Source: Lama glama
Taxonomy: Eukaryota
Length of the DNA stretch: 64,000 nt
Reading direction: 5' to 3'
NCBI GenBank assembly: GCA_028534125.1
Contig: CM052817.1
Span: forward strand, 63,862,001 to 63,926,000
Shown in pieces: positions 38,863-52,901 of the stretch. The notes below the pieces were generated by a model. That model made no database searches. It was not told the DNA's origin and was given only the letters and a program-made list of their open reading frames with translations. How positions within the stretch are numbered: the stretch's first letter is position 1; the number at the start of each line of letters is the position of its first letter. The translations under genes were made by a program, and so were the position numbers.

Positions 38863-40394
38863 AACCCAATACTTTTAAATGCAAGTGTTTCATACTGAAA
38901 AAAAAGACAGTACTTAAAAGGAGTTTCCAGATGCAGTGAAGACAAAGATAAAAGAGGAAAATGTAAATTAGATGAAAGTAATTGGCTAGAGCAACTCATC
39001 TTCCTTTAGAGCAGATCTCCATCATCTTTTTTCACTACAAACATGAAGTATAATATATACATACGCATTGTTATGGGAACCATCAGAGATTTCATTGTCT
39101 TTTCCTAGTAGCTACAATATACTGACAGAAATAACTATGAATCCATTCTGAATATCTCTAAGCTAAAAAGCTTTATATTGGTAATAAATTACTTAAGACA
39201 TACTTCATACTGGATCCAAAGGTGCATACAAGTATGACTCACTTGGGAAATATAACACAATCGTAAAATTCCTCAAGAATGAGAAATAATCTATGAAAAC
39301 AATGCACTTATTTAACAATTATGAGAGTCTCTTAAATGTCAAGACACTGCTACATGATTTTAAACTGTCTTTTGAACTTTAAGTTACAAAAAATCTCACA
39401 GACCATGATGCTAACTTTGATGCCATCTCTCAGATTCAGTCAACTGATGTCTCAGAAAAAAGTAAGTCCATTCCTGAATGGCTCCTACTAAATTAATCTA
39501 GTTCCTATGATTTCCTAGATATTCACAGCTATATTAACTTAACTAGCATTGCATTTATACTTCCTTTAAATTAGTTCATTCTAAGCTTGTACCAGTTACT
39601 TCACCATTAAAAACATTATAAATGAACTCCTGGCATTGTGCAACTAGTAGAATTTCATTTCAGCAAGCAATGCTACTTCTCCAGTTGACTGGCTACATTT
39701 CAAAACCTGGTTGATGATCCTGTTTTGTTAATTTGTTACTAATAATATCTTACAATGACAGTCCAATTTCTATAAAAATTTATTTTAACAATACTTATAC
39801 ACACAAGTCTAAATTTTTTAATTTTAAATTTCACTTTGATCTTTTAAGTAAACTTAATCTGAATCAAATAGTTAAGTACACATTTTTAAATTTCAGCTGC
39901 TTTACTTATTTTAATTTATTAAATATTAGCTATTTATAAAAGTGGAAATTTATGGAAAAATGGAAAAATTTATATCAACACAGTTAAAATACAGATTAAC
40001 AGAGTAAAAAATGTCACTGAAGCATCTAAAGTTTCAAGATAGATTCAAATTGAAAAGGGAAAAAGTTTGCACTTATGAGTAAACTGAGTTGAACCTAAAG
40101 TACACCTACTTTATATACAACACAAGTCAATTTTTCTATATGTCCTAAGAATGAATGCTCTCTGACCCTCTAGGAGATGTCTATGTAATGTTTTCCTACA
40201 GAGCAATGTTACACTTCTGTTTAGCTTCAAGAATTTCATTGAACTTTAAAAATATGGAAGTATCATACTAAATGAAGATGTTAGAGCAGGCTACCAGGTA
40301 CCTCTCTCAGGTCCTAATGTAATGTTTTTGTTATTCAATCTCTTCTATGATTCCTAGATTATAAAAACATTTAGTTATAGAGGAGCCTTCTTAC

Positions 40395-40487
40395 CATATC
40401 CGATGGTTTAGTAGTTCTTTCTGTTCTTGATAAGAAAGCAGCATATTGGTTAGTCAAGTTAGATGGTTCATCAGAAGTTCCACCGAC
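40395..40487 (-). CDS. STPG2: STPG2 internal coding exon, 93 nt, phase 0/0
   Basis: ggaattcacag|GTC GGT...GAT ATG|gtaag; VGGTSDEPSNLTNQYAAFLSRTERTTKPSDM, similar to remembered human GVGISDELPNLTNKYAAFLSRAKRTMKVPDM. Confidence 0.9.
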
Positions 40488-41699
40488 CTGTGAATTCCAA
40501 AAAACATGTTGAAAGAAGGAGTAAAAGGTATATATCATTTATTTTTATCAATACAAGGTGCACTATAAATAAGTCTGCAATGAACCTCATTAGCATTGCT
40601 CTGTCGTTAAATAGACATATATTCATTTTTTAAAATTTAATGGTTCATAATAAAAGACTTTAAGTCAACAATACATTAAAATGGAAAAAGGGTTGATTAT
40701 ATGAACCTCTAGGAAAGTAAATAGATCTGCATACATTATCTAAACATATTGGGGGCAATTTATTAGCTATACTGTAATGTCAAATTCTGACAACAATTCC
40801 TGTTCAGTTTCATAACTACTAGGTTGTAATCTCAATAATATGTATTTGGTCAATTACATAGTATTATTTGTCAATACTTACTTATAAATACATGAAATAG
40901 AAATATATGCACAATAACTATTTAAATTGATTAGGTGGCAATCCTGGGTTAATAAATACTCTTCCTACGCAAAATGATCCGAACTCTCTTACATATCATA
41001 ATTCCTTATATGTACTGAAGATATAAACAAACAGACTAGAGAATGCTGGTAATCTAAAAACTTAATTAGCAATTAGTTAATCCTCGTGATATTATACTCC
41101 TTCTGATTTATTATACAATTTAGCCATTTGTATTCATTTAATAAATTAAACCATAGAACCAGCAGTACCATTCTTTGTAAATACAAAAGGGATAATTTAT
41201 TTTCCCACTTTATATACTTCACTGTTTTTATTTCAGAATTTGATTTTCATATTTAATACTTCAGAATTTAACACCTGGTAGAATACTTAGGTATTTCTTT
41301 GTTAATTTTTTGAGGAACACTAATCTACTAAAAAATCCATCTCTCACATACTGTATCTTTGAAAGTATGTGCTTTGCTACCCTAAATGCTGAAGTTGGTG
41401 CTTCTCCACTCTTTTCCTCATGATATTATTCATATCTAGTCACTCAAAAGAAAATAGACTCTACCACTTTCAAAAACTGAAAAATCACAGTTCACATTTT
41501 GTAAAATGTGGAATCTTTCAAATATCTATGCCAGCATTATTATTTCATGTGATTTTTGTATTTATTGAAGCTGAAAAATAATTTGTCTTCATGAAAATTT
41601 TATTATTATCATGTGCAGTATTAGAAATTATGAAATTAAGACATTCAAAAGCATTTTTGTCATTTTTACTGTGTAGGGGTAGAAGTTAACAAGTTCAAG

Positions 41700-43620
41700 G
41701 AATGAATTGCTCATTGGATGACTGGCTTTAGAGGGAATGAGTAGTTTGCAGAAGACCACATTCTTACCAAATAAATCCATACAAAATATAACAATAAAAT
41801 CCAGATTTTTTATTTGTTATAAATGACTTATTTGTTAAAATCCAGGTTATAATATAACAAAATTCTATTTTTAAAGGCTTCATAGAGTTGTGGATGCTTC
41901 CAGCTATATGAGCTGTCAGCATAGACAAGCACTAAGATTCTGAACAGGATAGAACATCTGAAAGGTTAGTTATCCATTTGCAGGTGCTTTTTTCCTGGGA
42001 TATTTGCTGATGACAGGCAAGAGAGAAAGAATCTGGGTTTAGGTCTGGCAGAGGGCTGTTTCTAAGGAGCTGGAAAATAAGCTTATGGTGGTCTTGTTAG
42101 GCCACATGACAAAACTGCAGATTTGAGAAGCCTCAAAACATATGGTCTATTTCTGCATTAAGATGTCTGCAAGGGGATTAGGAGTAGGGTCATGCCAAAA
42201 TTCTAAGCTAAAACTCTAAAACACAGAGTCATTAAACATCAGAGTTCAGAACATGGTGGGGGGGCGGGTGTTTAATAAAACATTTCAGGATCACAGTTGA
42301 AATCCTCAGAGGACTAACCTTTACAAAATGAACAAATCAGAGGTAAACTAAGCCCTAGAAAAACTGTAATCACCACAATCCATGATTAGGCTAAGGTAAT
42401 CTCTTTTGACTTCTATCCGCTTTGCAAAGAAAAGTATGAAGTCTCTCTAGAAGAAGATAATGCCATTTAGAGTCTCTGTATTATACACAATATCTAGTAT
42501 TCTATTAAAAATTATGACTGAAGCATTGTGCTGTACACCAGAAACTGACATGACATTGTAAACTGACTATACGTCAATAAAAACATATATAAAAAATTAT
42601 GGGGCATGCCAAAAGATAGATATGAGTGATCAGAAAACAAGAGAAAAAATAATAGAAAATAACAACGGACCCACAGGTGATCCAGATACTGGAGCTAGCA
42701 GACAGAACTTTAACTGTGATAAATGTGTTCAAGAAAACACGGGAAAAATTTGAAAAAACAAACAAAAACCTGAAATCATAGAGAATTCCTCCTGAGAATT
42801 TAAATCATAAGAATTAAATAGGCATTCTAGAACTAAAAAATAGAATATCTGAAATTAGAAACTCAATAGATCAATTTAATAGCATTTGAAACAGCTGCAA
42901 TAAAAATTTAGTGAACTGAAAGATAGCCCTGTAGGAAATATTACAATTGAAGCATAAAGAGGAAAAAGGAGACATAATACAGAGTGCTTATAATATGTGC
43001 TTGGATCATGATAAATAAGTGTAACATATATATTTATTATTGTTCCAGAAAGACAGGCAGGGAAGAATGTGACAGAAGAAATATATGAAGATCTAATAGT
43101 CAAGAATTATTTAAAATTGATGAAAGACATCAACCCAGAGATTCAAAGGCTCATAAACCTCAAGCAATATAAAGAAAACCATACTCTTGATACATAAAAG
43201 ACAAAGATCAACAATAATAATAACTTTCAAAAGGGAAACTTTCAATAATTTCAATAACTGCTTTCAAAAGGGAAAGTTAACATTATTGGGAAAGTGGTTA
43301 AAATAATCCTGTTATTTGGACTGCAAAAAGGATGCCAAAAAAAGGATGCATATTGTAATTATTATAGCAACCAATAAAAGAAGAGTGAAACAATGCATAA
43401 CTGAAAATATAATAGCGGTAGATAAATGGAATAATATAAAATATTTCATTAATTAAAAAAAGGTGAAGTAAGAAAAAATCTAAAACAAGTGGGCTAACAG
43501 AATATATGAGATAATATGGTTTATATACACACAAATGTATCAGTAATCACATTAACTATAAATGGACCAATACTACTGTTAAACACAAAGTTTATCAGAC
43601 TGGATTTTCAAAACTCAGAA
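41700..43620 (+). mobile_element. Old L1 5' region/ORF1 to ORF2 start
   Basis: cagatactggagctagcagacag, attagtgaactgaaagatag, aaaattgatgaaagacatcaacccagagattcaa and atcagtaatcacattaactataaatggac. Confidence 0.65.
42517..42591 (+). mobile_element. L1 3' tip nested in the older L1
   Basis: attgtgctgtacaccagaaactgaca...aactgactatacgtcaataaaa; TSD aaaaattatg (42507-42516 / 42592-42601). Confidence 0.8.
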
Positions 43621-43725
43621 GTGTTTAGGGTATGTCTTTTATTCTTGATTATAGTTTGTCAAATTTTATATAAACTACTAGTGGCTGAGTTATACCTATA
43701 CACAGTTTTTAATTGTCAATACTAT

Positions 43726-45140
43726 ATATATAGCACATCTTCTTTATGCATTCATCTTTATATACACACAGGTTGATTCCATATCTCAGCTATTGTGAAT
43801 AATGCAGCAACGAATATGAGACAGCAGACATTTCTTCGATATACTGACTTCATTTCCTTTAGAAATATAATCAGAAGTGAGATTGCTAGATTATATAGTA
43901 GTTCTATTCTTAATTTTTTGAGGAACCTCCATACTGTTTTCCACAGAGGCTGTACCAATTTACATTCCTACCAACAGTGTACAAGGGTTTCTGTTTCTCC
44001 ACATTCTCACCTCATCTTTTGGACAATATTCTTTCTAACAGGTGTGAAGTGATATGGTGTCGTGATTTTGATTTGCATTTCTCTGGTGATTAGTGATGTC
44101 GAGCATTTTCTCATGTACCTGTTGGCCATCTGTATGTCTTCTTTTAAGAAATGTATTTTCAAATCCTTTGTCCATTTTTAAATCAAACTGTTCATTTTCT
44201 TGCTATTGAGCTGTTGGAGTTTCTTAAATATTTTGGATAATAACCTCTTTTCAGATGTATGGTTTGTAAATATTTTCCCATTCACTCTGTTGATTGTTTC
44301 CTTTATTCTACAGAAGGTTTTTAGTTCAATGCAATTCAATTTGTCTATTTTTGCTCTTGTTGGCTGTACCTTTGAAGTCATATATAAAAAAAATTATTGT
44401 CCACATCAATGTCAAGATGATTTTCCCTATGTTTTCTTCTAGTAGTTTAACAGTTCCAGGTCTTAAATTTTAGTCTCTAACTCATGTTGACTTCATTTTT
44501 CAAAATAAAAATAAAAGTTCCATTTTATTCTTCTGCATGTGGATATCCAGTTTTCCCAGCACCATTCATTGAAGAGACTGTCTTTTCTCCACTATGTGTT
44601 CTTGGCAGAAAATGTATGGATTTCTGAGGCTTCCTATTCTGTTCTGATGGTCTATGTGCCTGTTTTTATTGTTTTTATTACCATAGCTTTATAGTATATT
44701 TTGAAATCAGGTAGAGTGATGTGTCCAGTTTTGTTCTTTTTTGCTCAAGATTGCTTTGGCTATTTGGGGTCTTGTGTAGTTCCATATGAATTTTAGGATT
44801 GTTTTTTCCTGTTTCTGTAAAAAATGCCATTGGAATTTTGATAGGGATTGCACTGACTATCACTTTGGGTAGTATGGACATTTACACAGTATTAATTTTT
44901 CTAATCCATGAATATAGAACATCTTGCCATTTATTTGTGTCTTTTTCAATTTTTTTCTCATTGTTTTATAGTCTTCAAGTGTACAGACCTTTTTCCTCCT
45001 TGGTTAAATTTACTACTAAGTATTTTTTATGCTATTGTAAGCAGGACTGTTTGCTTAATTTCTTTTTTGGAAACTTTGTCATTAATGTGTAAAAATGTGA
45101 TTGATTTTCTAATGTTGATATGTAGCTTGCAACTTTACTA
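43726..45140 (-). mobile_element. L1 ORF2 3' fragment (L1MA/MB type)
   Basis: Minus-strand ORFs [34 protein letters not shown] and AIPIKIPMAFFTE are L1 ORF2 peptides. Confidence 0.9.
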
Positions 45141-45378
45141 AGAACAACATAAAATTTTGCAAGAAATTATGAAAATCTCATGTTGTGAAATTTTAACAAT
45201 TTCTGTTTAAATAAAAACAGAAACTATTGAATTTTATTCACTTCCATTTTTCTGATATGCCTATAAATCTGCAGCATCACTCAAAGATTACTGACAATGA
45301 TTTCACAGCAGTTCTTTCATTAGAATGAGATGTATTTCAGCTACATTTTGAAGTTTTTAACTAATTTAAAGCACTAAG

Positions 45379-45487
45379 GTGCTCACTTTGACAACATATA
45401 TACTAAAACTGGAACCATACAGATATTAGCATCCTGTACGAAGATGGCGTGCAAATGTGTGAAGCATTTCATTAAAAAAAATTTTTT
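45379..45487 (+). pseudogene. U6 snRNA retropseudogene, essentially full length
   Basis: gtgctcactttgacaacatatatactaaaactggaaccatacaga..attagcat...gcaaatgtgtgaagcatttcat aligns to U6 with substitutions and small deletions; A tract; TSD aagcactaag (45369-45378) / aagcactagg (45488-45497). Confidence 0.92.
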
Positions 45488-46499
45488 AAGCACTAGGGTA
45501 CATTCTAGCATTACCACCACAAACATCCTAGTATTCAATTTCCTATAAACCATGTGTGTTCCACACTTTCTGGGTTGAAAATCATTTTCTCTGATAGGAA
45601 GGGCCAATCCAATTCAGTAATTCAGTGGTTCTACTGAATTATCTAATCTGTTGTTAATCACAGTGTACTTTTTTCCATGATGCACTTTCATCTCTAGAAC
45701 TTTAATTTGTGCCTTTTTATTTGTTCCATTTATCTACTTAATATGTTCAATCTTTTGTCTACCTTCTTGAATATACAGAATATAGTTATAACTGTTTAAT
45801 GTGCTTGTCTACTAATTTTATTATCTGTATAATTTCTGGGTCTCTTTATATTGATTAATTTCTTTCCTGATTCTAGGTTGTATTTTCCTGCTCCTTTGCA
45901 TACCTAGTAATTTTTTTTAATATTTAATGCTACACTCTATGAATTTTACCTTATTAGGTTCTGGATATTTTTTTAATCCCTATGAACATTATTGAGCTTC
46001 GTTCTGGGATGCACAAGCTCAGTACAACAAAACATATATACATAAAAGACAAAACCAATGGAGAAAAAAAGAAACTGCCATTCACAGAGGGCATAAAAGT
46101 GCTTGAGGAAATTTTTTTAAACTAATAATAAATTAGTAGAATTAATCATTTAAAATAGCAAGAAGTTTGGATCATTGGTAACAAATCTTTAACAAAGACT
46201 ATAATATTTCTTTATATCAATAACAGAAAGCTAAACAACGAAAATATTTTAAAGATAACATTTCAATAGCATTAGAAAACATCAAATACCAAGGAATAAA
46301 TCTAACAAAGATGAGTAAGACATCTACGCAAAAATTATAAAACCTCAAAGAACATTTTAAAAAGAGCTAATTTAAAGAAAATCTAAATTTACTGTCAGAA
46401 AATAGTGGCATAATCTTAAAATAAACAAATATTTAAAGAAATACATATGAGATCCTCAAAGAGATAAAGAATAAGATCTATTTAAAAGAAATTACACTG

Positions 46500-47010
46500 A
46501 TACTGGCGAGTTCCATTTTAGAATTCTCCTTCCAGCTCACTAGCACTGGGACACGGCCTGGCCCACCAGCCTGTTGACCTCAGTCCAAGCAACTATCTGG
46601 GCAGAGACATAGCCCCACCCACCAGCAGGCCTGCTGCCTTAAGACCTTCTGAGCCCAAGGCCATCCCAGGACCCATCCCTCTCCACAAGAGGGGCCAGGA
46701 CCAGTCCTTGCACACCAGTGAGCCTCCACTAACATGGGGAAACCCACAGCTCTACAGCCAGAGACCCATAGTCCAGCTCATACCCACCAGTGGGCCAGCA
46801 CTAGCCCCAGAACCAGCCTCACCCACCAGTGGGTAGACAGACTAACCTTGGGACCAGCAGGACCCTATAACCAAATATAGGACCAGTCTCTGTCTACCAG
46901 CAAGCTGGCACTAGCCCCCGGAATGTCTGCCTTGACCCTGCCCACTGATGAGCCAGCACCAGCTCTAGGATTCCCAAAGCCCTACAGCTAGAGACCCAGA
47001 GACCTTGCTC
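46500..47010 (+). mobile_element. L1 5' UTR fragment with internal degenerate repeats
   Basis: C-rich block with recurring ccaccagtggg/ccagcactagcccc units, resembling cetartiodactyl L1 5' UTR as recalled. Confidence 0.6.
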
Positions 47011-47330
47011 TTGAGTGTTAGTCTGGAAATTTGGGATGGAAGAAAGACTCATATTTTTCAACGCAAATGCATTTATTGATATGAAGTTTCTTTACCAAGT
47101 ATGTGCCTGTTATTTTTCATAACAGACCTTAATAAATCAAAAAACAGTCTCACTAAATAAAAAATAAAATTTAATTTTTGTTCTTATGCCATGGGTGACC
47201 ATATGTAAACAATTTCAACAATATTAATATGGCTTATAATAATGAGGCATATATATCACATGTAATTTTTTAAACCCTAAATTCTTAGGATTAGACATAA
47301 AGAACATAATTTATGATATTCACATATTAC

Positions 47331-47488
47331 CTGATAATCAGCAGGCCCAGGAGTAGTAAAAACTTCCTTCTGAATCAGGAAGAAAGTCCGAGGAACAGAA
47401 GAACCAAATGCACTTTTCTTTTGTTTCAAGTAGGTATTACTAAAGTTGTCAATTAAAGTATTGTTTAGGATATTATAAAACCCAGGAC
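47331..47488 (-). CDS. STPG2: STPG2 internal coding exon, 158 nt, phase 1/0
   Basis: cttttag|GT CCT GGG...TAT CAG|gtaat; (G)PGFYNILNNTLIDNFSNTYLKQKKSAFGSSVPRTFFLIQKEVFTTPGPADYQ, contained in ORF 47277..47510; phase matches the previous exon. Confidence 0.95.
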
Positions 47489-47599
47489 CTAAAAGTATGA
47501 AGAATATCATATATAAGAATAAACATGCTTTTAATTCTTTTAAACTGAGTAACTTTAAATTAAGTTAAGTAAGTAATTTTATTTTAGAAAGAATTATCT

Positions 47600-48130
47600 T
47601 ATATTGGCTGGCAGGAATGCAAAGTGGTCTGCTACTTTGAAAAACAATGTATCAAAGTCTTATAAAGTTAAATGTATACTTTCCATATGACCTAGAAATT
47701 GTACTCCTAGGTATTTCCCCAAGAGAAATGAAAACAACCCAAATGTTCGATGTGAATGGATGAACAAAATGCACCATCCCCAAATAATAGCATAGTAAGA
47801 ATAATAAAAACACAAGATAAATGCAACAACATGAATGAACCTCAAAAACAACATATTAAGTGAAGAAGACAGACACAAAATCCTAAATAATGTGTGGTTC
47901 CATTTAAACAAAATTCCAGAAGATGCAAAAATCACAGAAACACTTAACAGTTACCCAGGGCCAAGAGCTGGGGAGAGATTAACTGCAAAGGGGCATGAGA
48001 GGACTTTCTAAAAATGATAGAAATGTTCTAACACTTGATTGTAGTGATTACCTGAGTATATACATTTACCAAAACTCATCCAACTATACTTTAAATGAAT
48101 TATTTTTATTGTGTAAATTATACCTCAGGA
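47600..48130 (+). mobile_element. Old L1 3' end (L1MB-ME type)
   Basis: ctcctaggtattt, atgcaacaacatgaatgaacctcaaaa and gtaaattatacctca. Confidence 0.8.
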
Positions 48131-50084
48131 AGGAAGAAGGAGGAGAGACAGAAAATTCTTGATGTCAAAAAGCATTAAAAAGTTGATGCAGCAACATTAA
48201 AAATCAATTTGGAAAAGAAAAAAAATCACCTATCATCCAATCTTCATATCACAGTAGTTATTTTAATTTTGCCTGTTACATTTTAGTGCACATTTATAAC
48301 CAGGAATATTTTCCACAGTGGCAATACAAGTGAATAACATTGTTTTCATTCAAACCAATACAAACAACACTTTTGCCATTGAAAAAAGTAATCAAGACAT
48401 TCATATATTTGAAGCAGAGATTTCTATATGTTTTATTACTCAGTACTTTCAAAAAATCAGTTCCAGTGACCAGCAACATCTTTAAAATGCAATATAATAT
48501 ACTTGAAATACTTGAGTAGATTGTACTCATGTTTTCTGGATTGCACTAAATTAGATCTGCAACAAAATAGATATGAACCATCACTTAAATCTCGTTTGTT
48601 TCTCTGGGCTTCAAGTTCCTGTCTAAATATAATAAGAATTTATTAGATCAATGCTACTCAAAATGTGGGGTGAACTGCTACCTGTCCAAGAACAATCTAT
48701 AAGAAAAGGAGCTTCCAACTAAATGCAAATTGACTATTTCACTAAACATTTTATAACTGTCTTTCCCCATGACAGAAGCATGGTGTTGCTTCTTTACATT
48801 CTGGCTCAATGTCCTTTCTCACTGTAGGCAGGAAACAGACGGTTGAAAAGGGGGCACTTTGAGTAGCATGAGGCTAGATGATACTTTAGGTTCCTTCTGG
48901 ATTAAAAGTATCAAGTCGTTCTATGTAGTCAAATCCTCTGTACTCCTAATATATACAAAGTTTTTCTCAAAGAAGCTGCCTACAAACTCTTCCCAATTTT
49001 TCAAATATTCTAGTTCTAAAGTCTATTCCCCAAAAGTCTGTACCAAAAATTCACTGTGTCAACTTTGAGAAAACCTGAATACTAACACATTTTATTTCTG
49101 CCATCTTCCAATGTTCCTCCACTGGTAATGTTTGGGGAAAAGATAACTAGAAATCAAAATGAAAATTATTTGGGCCATCATTTAAGGGAATTAAAGGACA
49201 AATATCTCAGATTTGTCTCTCTTCTGGCATGGGAAGACAACATAATACATGACAGGTAAGCTTAAGTACTTATACGGGGCCTTCAAGGTGTGCACATCTC
49301 AGTTACTACCTTGTTAAGGTTACGATTTGAAAAGTCACCCTGATCACTATAAATCATTCACATTTAGAGGTTTTTTATATTCACTTCCCAGTTATTAAGT
49401 GTAGAAATGCCCAGGAACCCTATTGTTAGACAGTTTAGGGATGCCTTCTAGTAGTAACCTGCAACAGCTCTGAGCTATATATGAGGTGGTCAAATCTGTT
49501 CTATGAATGATGGGTCTAATTCATTACTGTACCCTAATATCTACATGGGAAAAAAATAATGTTCCATGAAGGCCATTCTTACTAATTCTTAAAATATGTA
49601 AGATCAGGATTAGATTTTAGAGATCATCGTAATTCAACTTTATCCTTAAAAATAAAATAACCTTTGGGGAATTTATAAAACTTTATTCATAATACATTAG
49701 ATCATCAAATTAAGAACAAGGCCCAATGTTAAGGCAGTTGAGTCACTCAATATATTCATATTTTGAAATAAGTTATAGTTCAGATTCATAACAGACACTA
49801 CTGAGCCAGGCTCTTCTGGGGTGGTGCCTAGCCCTTACACAAGACTTCTCCAGCATGACAGTCTTAGACTAGGCAGACTTCTACATAGAGCCCCAAGATC
49901 AAGTGTTTCTCTAGGCCCAGGTACATGCTGTTAAGCTTATGCCTTTGCCTGAGAAGTGGTAGAATATCACTTCCACTGCATGTTATTGGTCAGGAAAGCC
50001 ATCAGACTAGCCAAGATTGAAGAGGGAGAAGAATAAGACTCAACCCCTCGATGGCAAAAGTAGTAAACAATTTTATCCCAGGAG

Positions 50085-51830
50085 TACAGTATTACCATAA
50101 AAAATTACCATATCAAAACTTACGGCAATGGTCTCGGATCAACAATGGGCCAGAAGCTGAAACAATTCAAGACTTAGAGAAATGGCCTTTAGGAGTCTAT
50201 TGGTAATGGCTTAAAAAGAGTGATAAAAATGTTACGGAGGTTGGAGAAAATATAATTTGTATTTTATAATGGCAGAAAGTTTAGCAAAACTAATACTTGG
50301 GATAATGAAGAAAATACCTAATAAATTAGTGGCTTCTAACTAAGGAGATTTCTAGGCTGAATATCAAAAGTGCCAACTAATTGCTTTGAGCTGTGTGTGA
50401 GAAGGTTTGGATAGGAAGAAATAGGCCAAAACTGTTCAGTTTTCACACAGAATTTATAGGATATAAAAAAGATTTTCTGGGTTTGAAAGTAAAACTGTTT
50501 TTCATCCCCAGTCTCTCCACACAGCAAAAAGCTCCCAAAGCAAGAAATGACTTGAGATCAAATCCAGGGTTTGGTTATAAGACCCTTTGTTAAGACCCCA
50601 AAAAGATTTAAGATAGTACCGCATTGACTGACTCAGTTAAAGAAAAGAGCCCCTAAGAATGTTAAGGCCATATGTCACAGACCCTCTAAGCTAAAACGAC
50701 AGTGTCCCTAAGAATCTAAGAGTACTGAAACACAGCAACACTAGAGGCAACCCAAAGAGGACAAAGGCTTTTCTAAAAAGTACATGTGAGTGTGGCTTTT
50801 GTCCAGTGTATCTGATTATAAATTAATACAATGAGAAACCTATAAAATTTTTATAAAGAACTGAGCCAACTTGGAATGAAAGAGACAACAGTACAAAATT
50901 ATAAGCGGCTCATAGACCCCTGATCTTCTCTGGACAGGAAGCAGGCTAAGAAAGCTCCAGCTGAAAACACAGCCTGTTTCTTACAGAAGAGGAAGGATGA
51001 TTCAAAGGATGAAACCAAGAACCCAAAAGATAGAACAAAGGACCACAGAAAACCGTATTCCCAGGGAGCCCAAATGGATCCTGAAAAAGGAAATGGCAAC
51101 ACGTCCCTGGTTGGATTTCAGAATTGCCATAGGCTATAGGCAACTGCTATTGGTCCCCAGTTTCCCTCTTTTTTGAATAGGAGAGACTAATATGATTATC
51201 TGATCTCTCCCCCACCACTATGTGTTGTATATATGGGGCAGATGACTTGTATCTGTAGTTCACAGCTCTTCTGATAGAAAAGAGAGATACCAAGATGATC
51301 TAAATTACGACACCCTAGAATCCCCATGTGCACCTATACCTGACTTAGGTAACAGGATCCTGGTCTTCAAGATTATATCATAACTGTATGAGTCTTTGGA
51401 GGCCTTGAGAAGACATGTAGGAAAAATGTAAATATTTAGTGACCAGAGGGTAATCTGTAGTAGATTAAAGATGGCCACAAATCCTTTCCTACCCCTGTCA
51501 CTGAGAGATGAAATTTCATGTCCGTCAATATATGCTACCCTGAGTCACTTGATTGACTAATAGAATGTGGCAGAAGTGATGTCCTGGGAGTTCTGAGGGT
51601 AGGTCAGAAGAAGCCTGTGGCATCCTGCCAGGTGTCATGGAGCCCTGAGCTACCATGTTAAAAAAGACCAGCTCCCCTGGGTTAGCAATGCTGGAGTTGT
51701 GCATGCACTCTGATGACAGTCCCATCTGAACTCTGCCCTCAAGCCATTCCACAAAATAAGGAGATATAATAGAAAAAAAATCTGGTTTTTTAAGCCACTA
51801 AACTTGTTACACACAACAGACAACGTGTAT
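50085..51830 (+). mobile_element. MaLR internal sequence plus 3' MLT1 LTR (LTR starts ~51456)
   Basis: MLT1-int blocks ctaaggagatttctaggc and gttggatttcagaattgc; ccagagggtaatc|tgtagtagattaaagatggccacaaat; ttttaagccactaaa. Confidence 0.75.
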
Positions 51831-52290
51831 GTTAGTAATTATATGTCCTTTTTGTGTTATAGTCTTAGATATATATAGAATCCCACTGTATTCTAGAATA
51901 CTCACTGAGAATACTAGAACATGTGACTGGACATCCCAAAATATAATAGTAACAAAACTGAATATCGTAAAATATATTACTGGCAGTGACCACATAGTTA
52001 ATACATTATATATGCTCATCTATCAAGAGAAAATTAGGAAATTTACTGAATAAATGAAAACAATAGAAAATCACAACTAAGAGATGTGACACGTTAAACT
52101 AAAACCTTCCTAAAATTGTTCATTATTTTTATCTGTATTTAGTGTATAGTCAACGCTTTAAAAAATGTTGACTTAAAATGACAACACCACCCATAGAACA
52201 AAAAAACTGTACTTTGTGGTGCATCCATCTTGTTAAGAATGTTAAGTTACATAAGGCTAAAGAGTAGATATACATGAATTAATTGCTAAC

Positions 52291-52450
52291 CTGGTATTTT
52301 CTCTGTTCTAGTGTCCTGTGTGAATCGAGCAGCACATTGACCAAATGGGGTATTTTTCAGTCCTGCTATTTTTTTCAAGGACTTGAAAGCAGTTCGAGAT
52401 TCATTATATGTGCCAGGAGCTGGGGTGATTGATTTCAAAGGTACAAACCT
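52291..52450 (-). CDS. STPG2: STPG2 internal coding exon, 160 nt, phase 0/1
   Basis: ttcttcactag|AGG...CCA G|gttag; RFVPLKSITPAPGTYNESRTAFKSLKKIAGLKNTPFGQCAARFTQDTRTEKIP(G), recognisably STPG2. Confidence 0.95.
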
Positions 52451-52901
52451 CTAGTGAAGAACAGGAAAATATGGCAATGAGAAACTATGGTACATTTTAA
52501 CATTTTTGTGAGTTAAAAGCTACCTTCTTACTGATATAACATCTGGAGTTTAATTTATTTCTTAATGGAGTGAAGAAAATGTAGATGAATTAAGATCTTA
52601 TACCTATCAAAACATAAAATATATACTTTAAGTAAAATCATCTATATATTAATACAGTAATATATTATGTACTTTACTAAGCCAGATAGACTTTTCAAAG
52701 GAAATAATCTCAGTATGAGATCCTACATGATAGTGTATGGACAATCTTCCCATTTAAAATATTCTGCAAGTTAAGATAATAGATAAAAACTATATGATCT
52801 AATATGGTTTCTTTTACATAACAAAATTGCACAAATTGACAAAGTTATCCAACATATATATTCAATTATTTCAACAATACCATTACGTACCTTAAGAAAA
52901 A

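Noticed and set aside
1..40394. Next canonical STPG2 exon (PAPGxYDV-type)
   Set aside because: No matching minus-strand exon was found by eye; it probably lies beyond the window start, though a manual scan could miss it.
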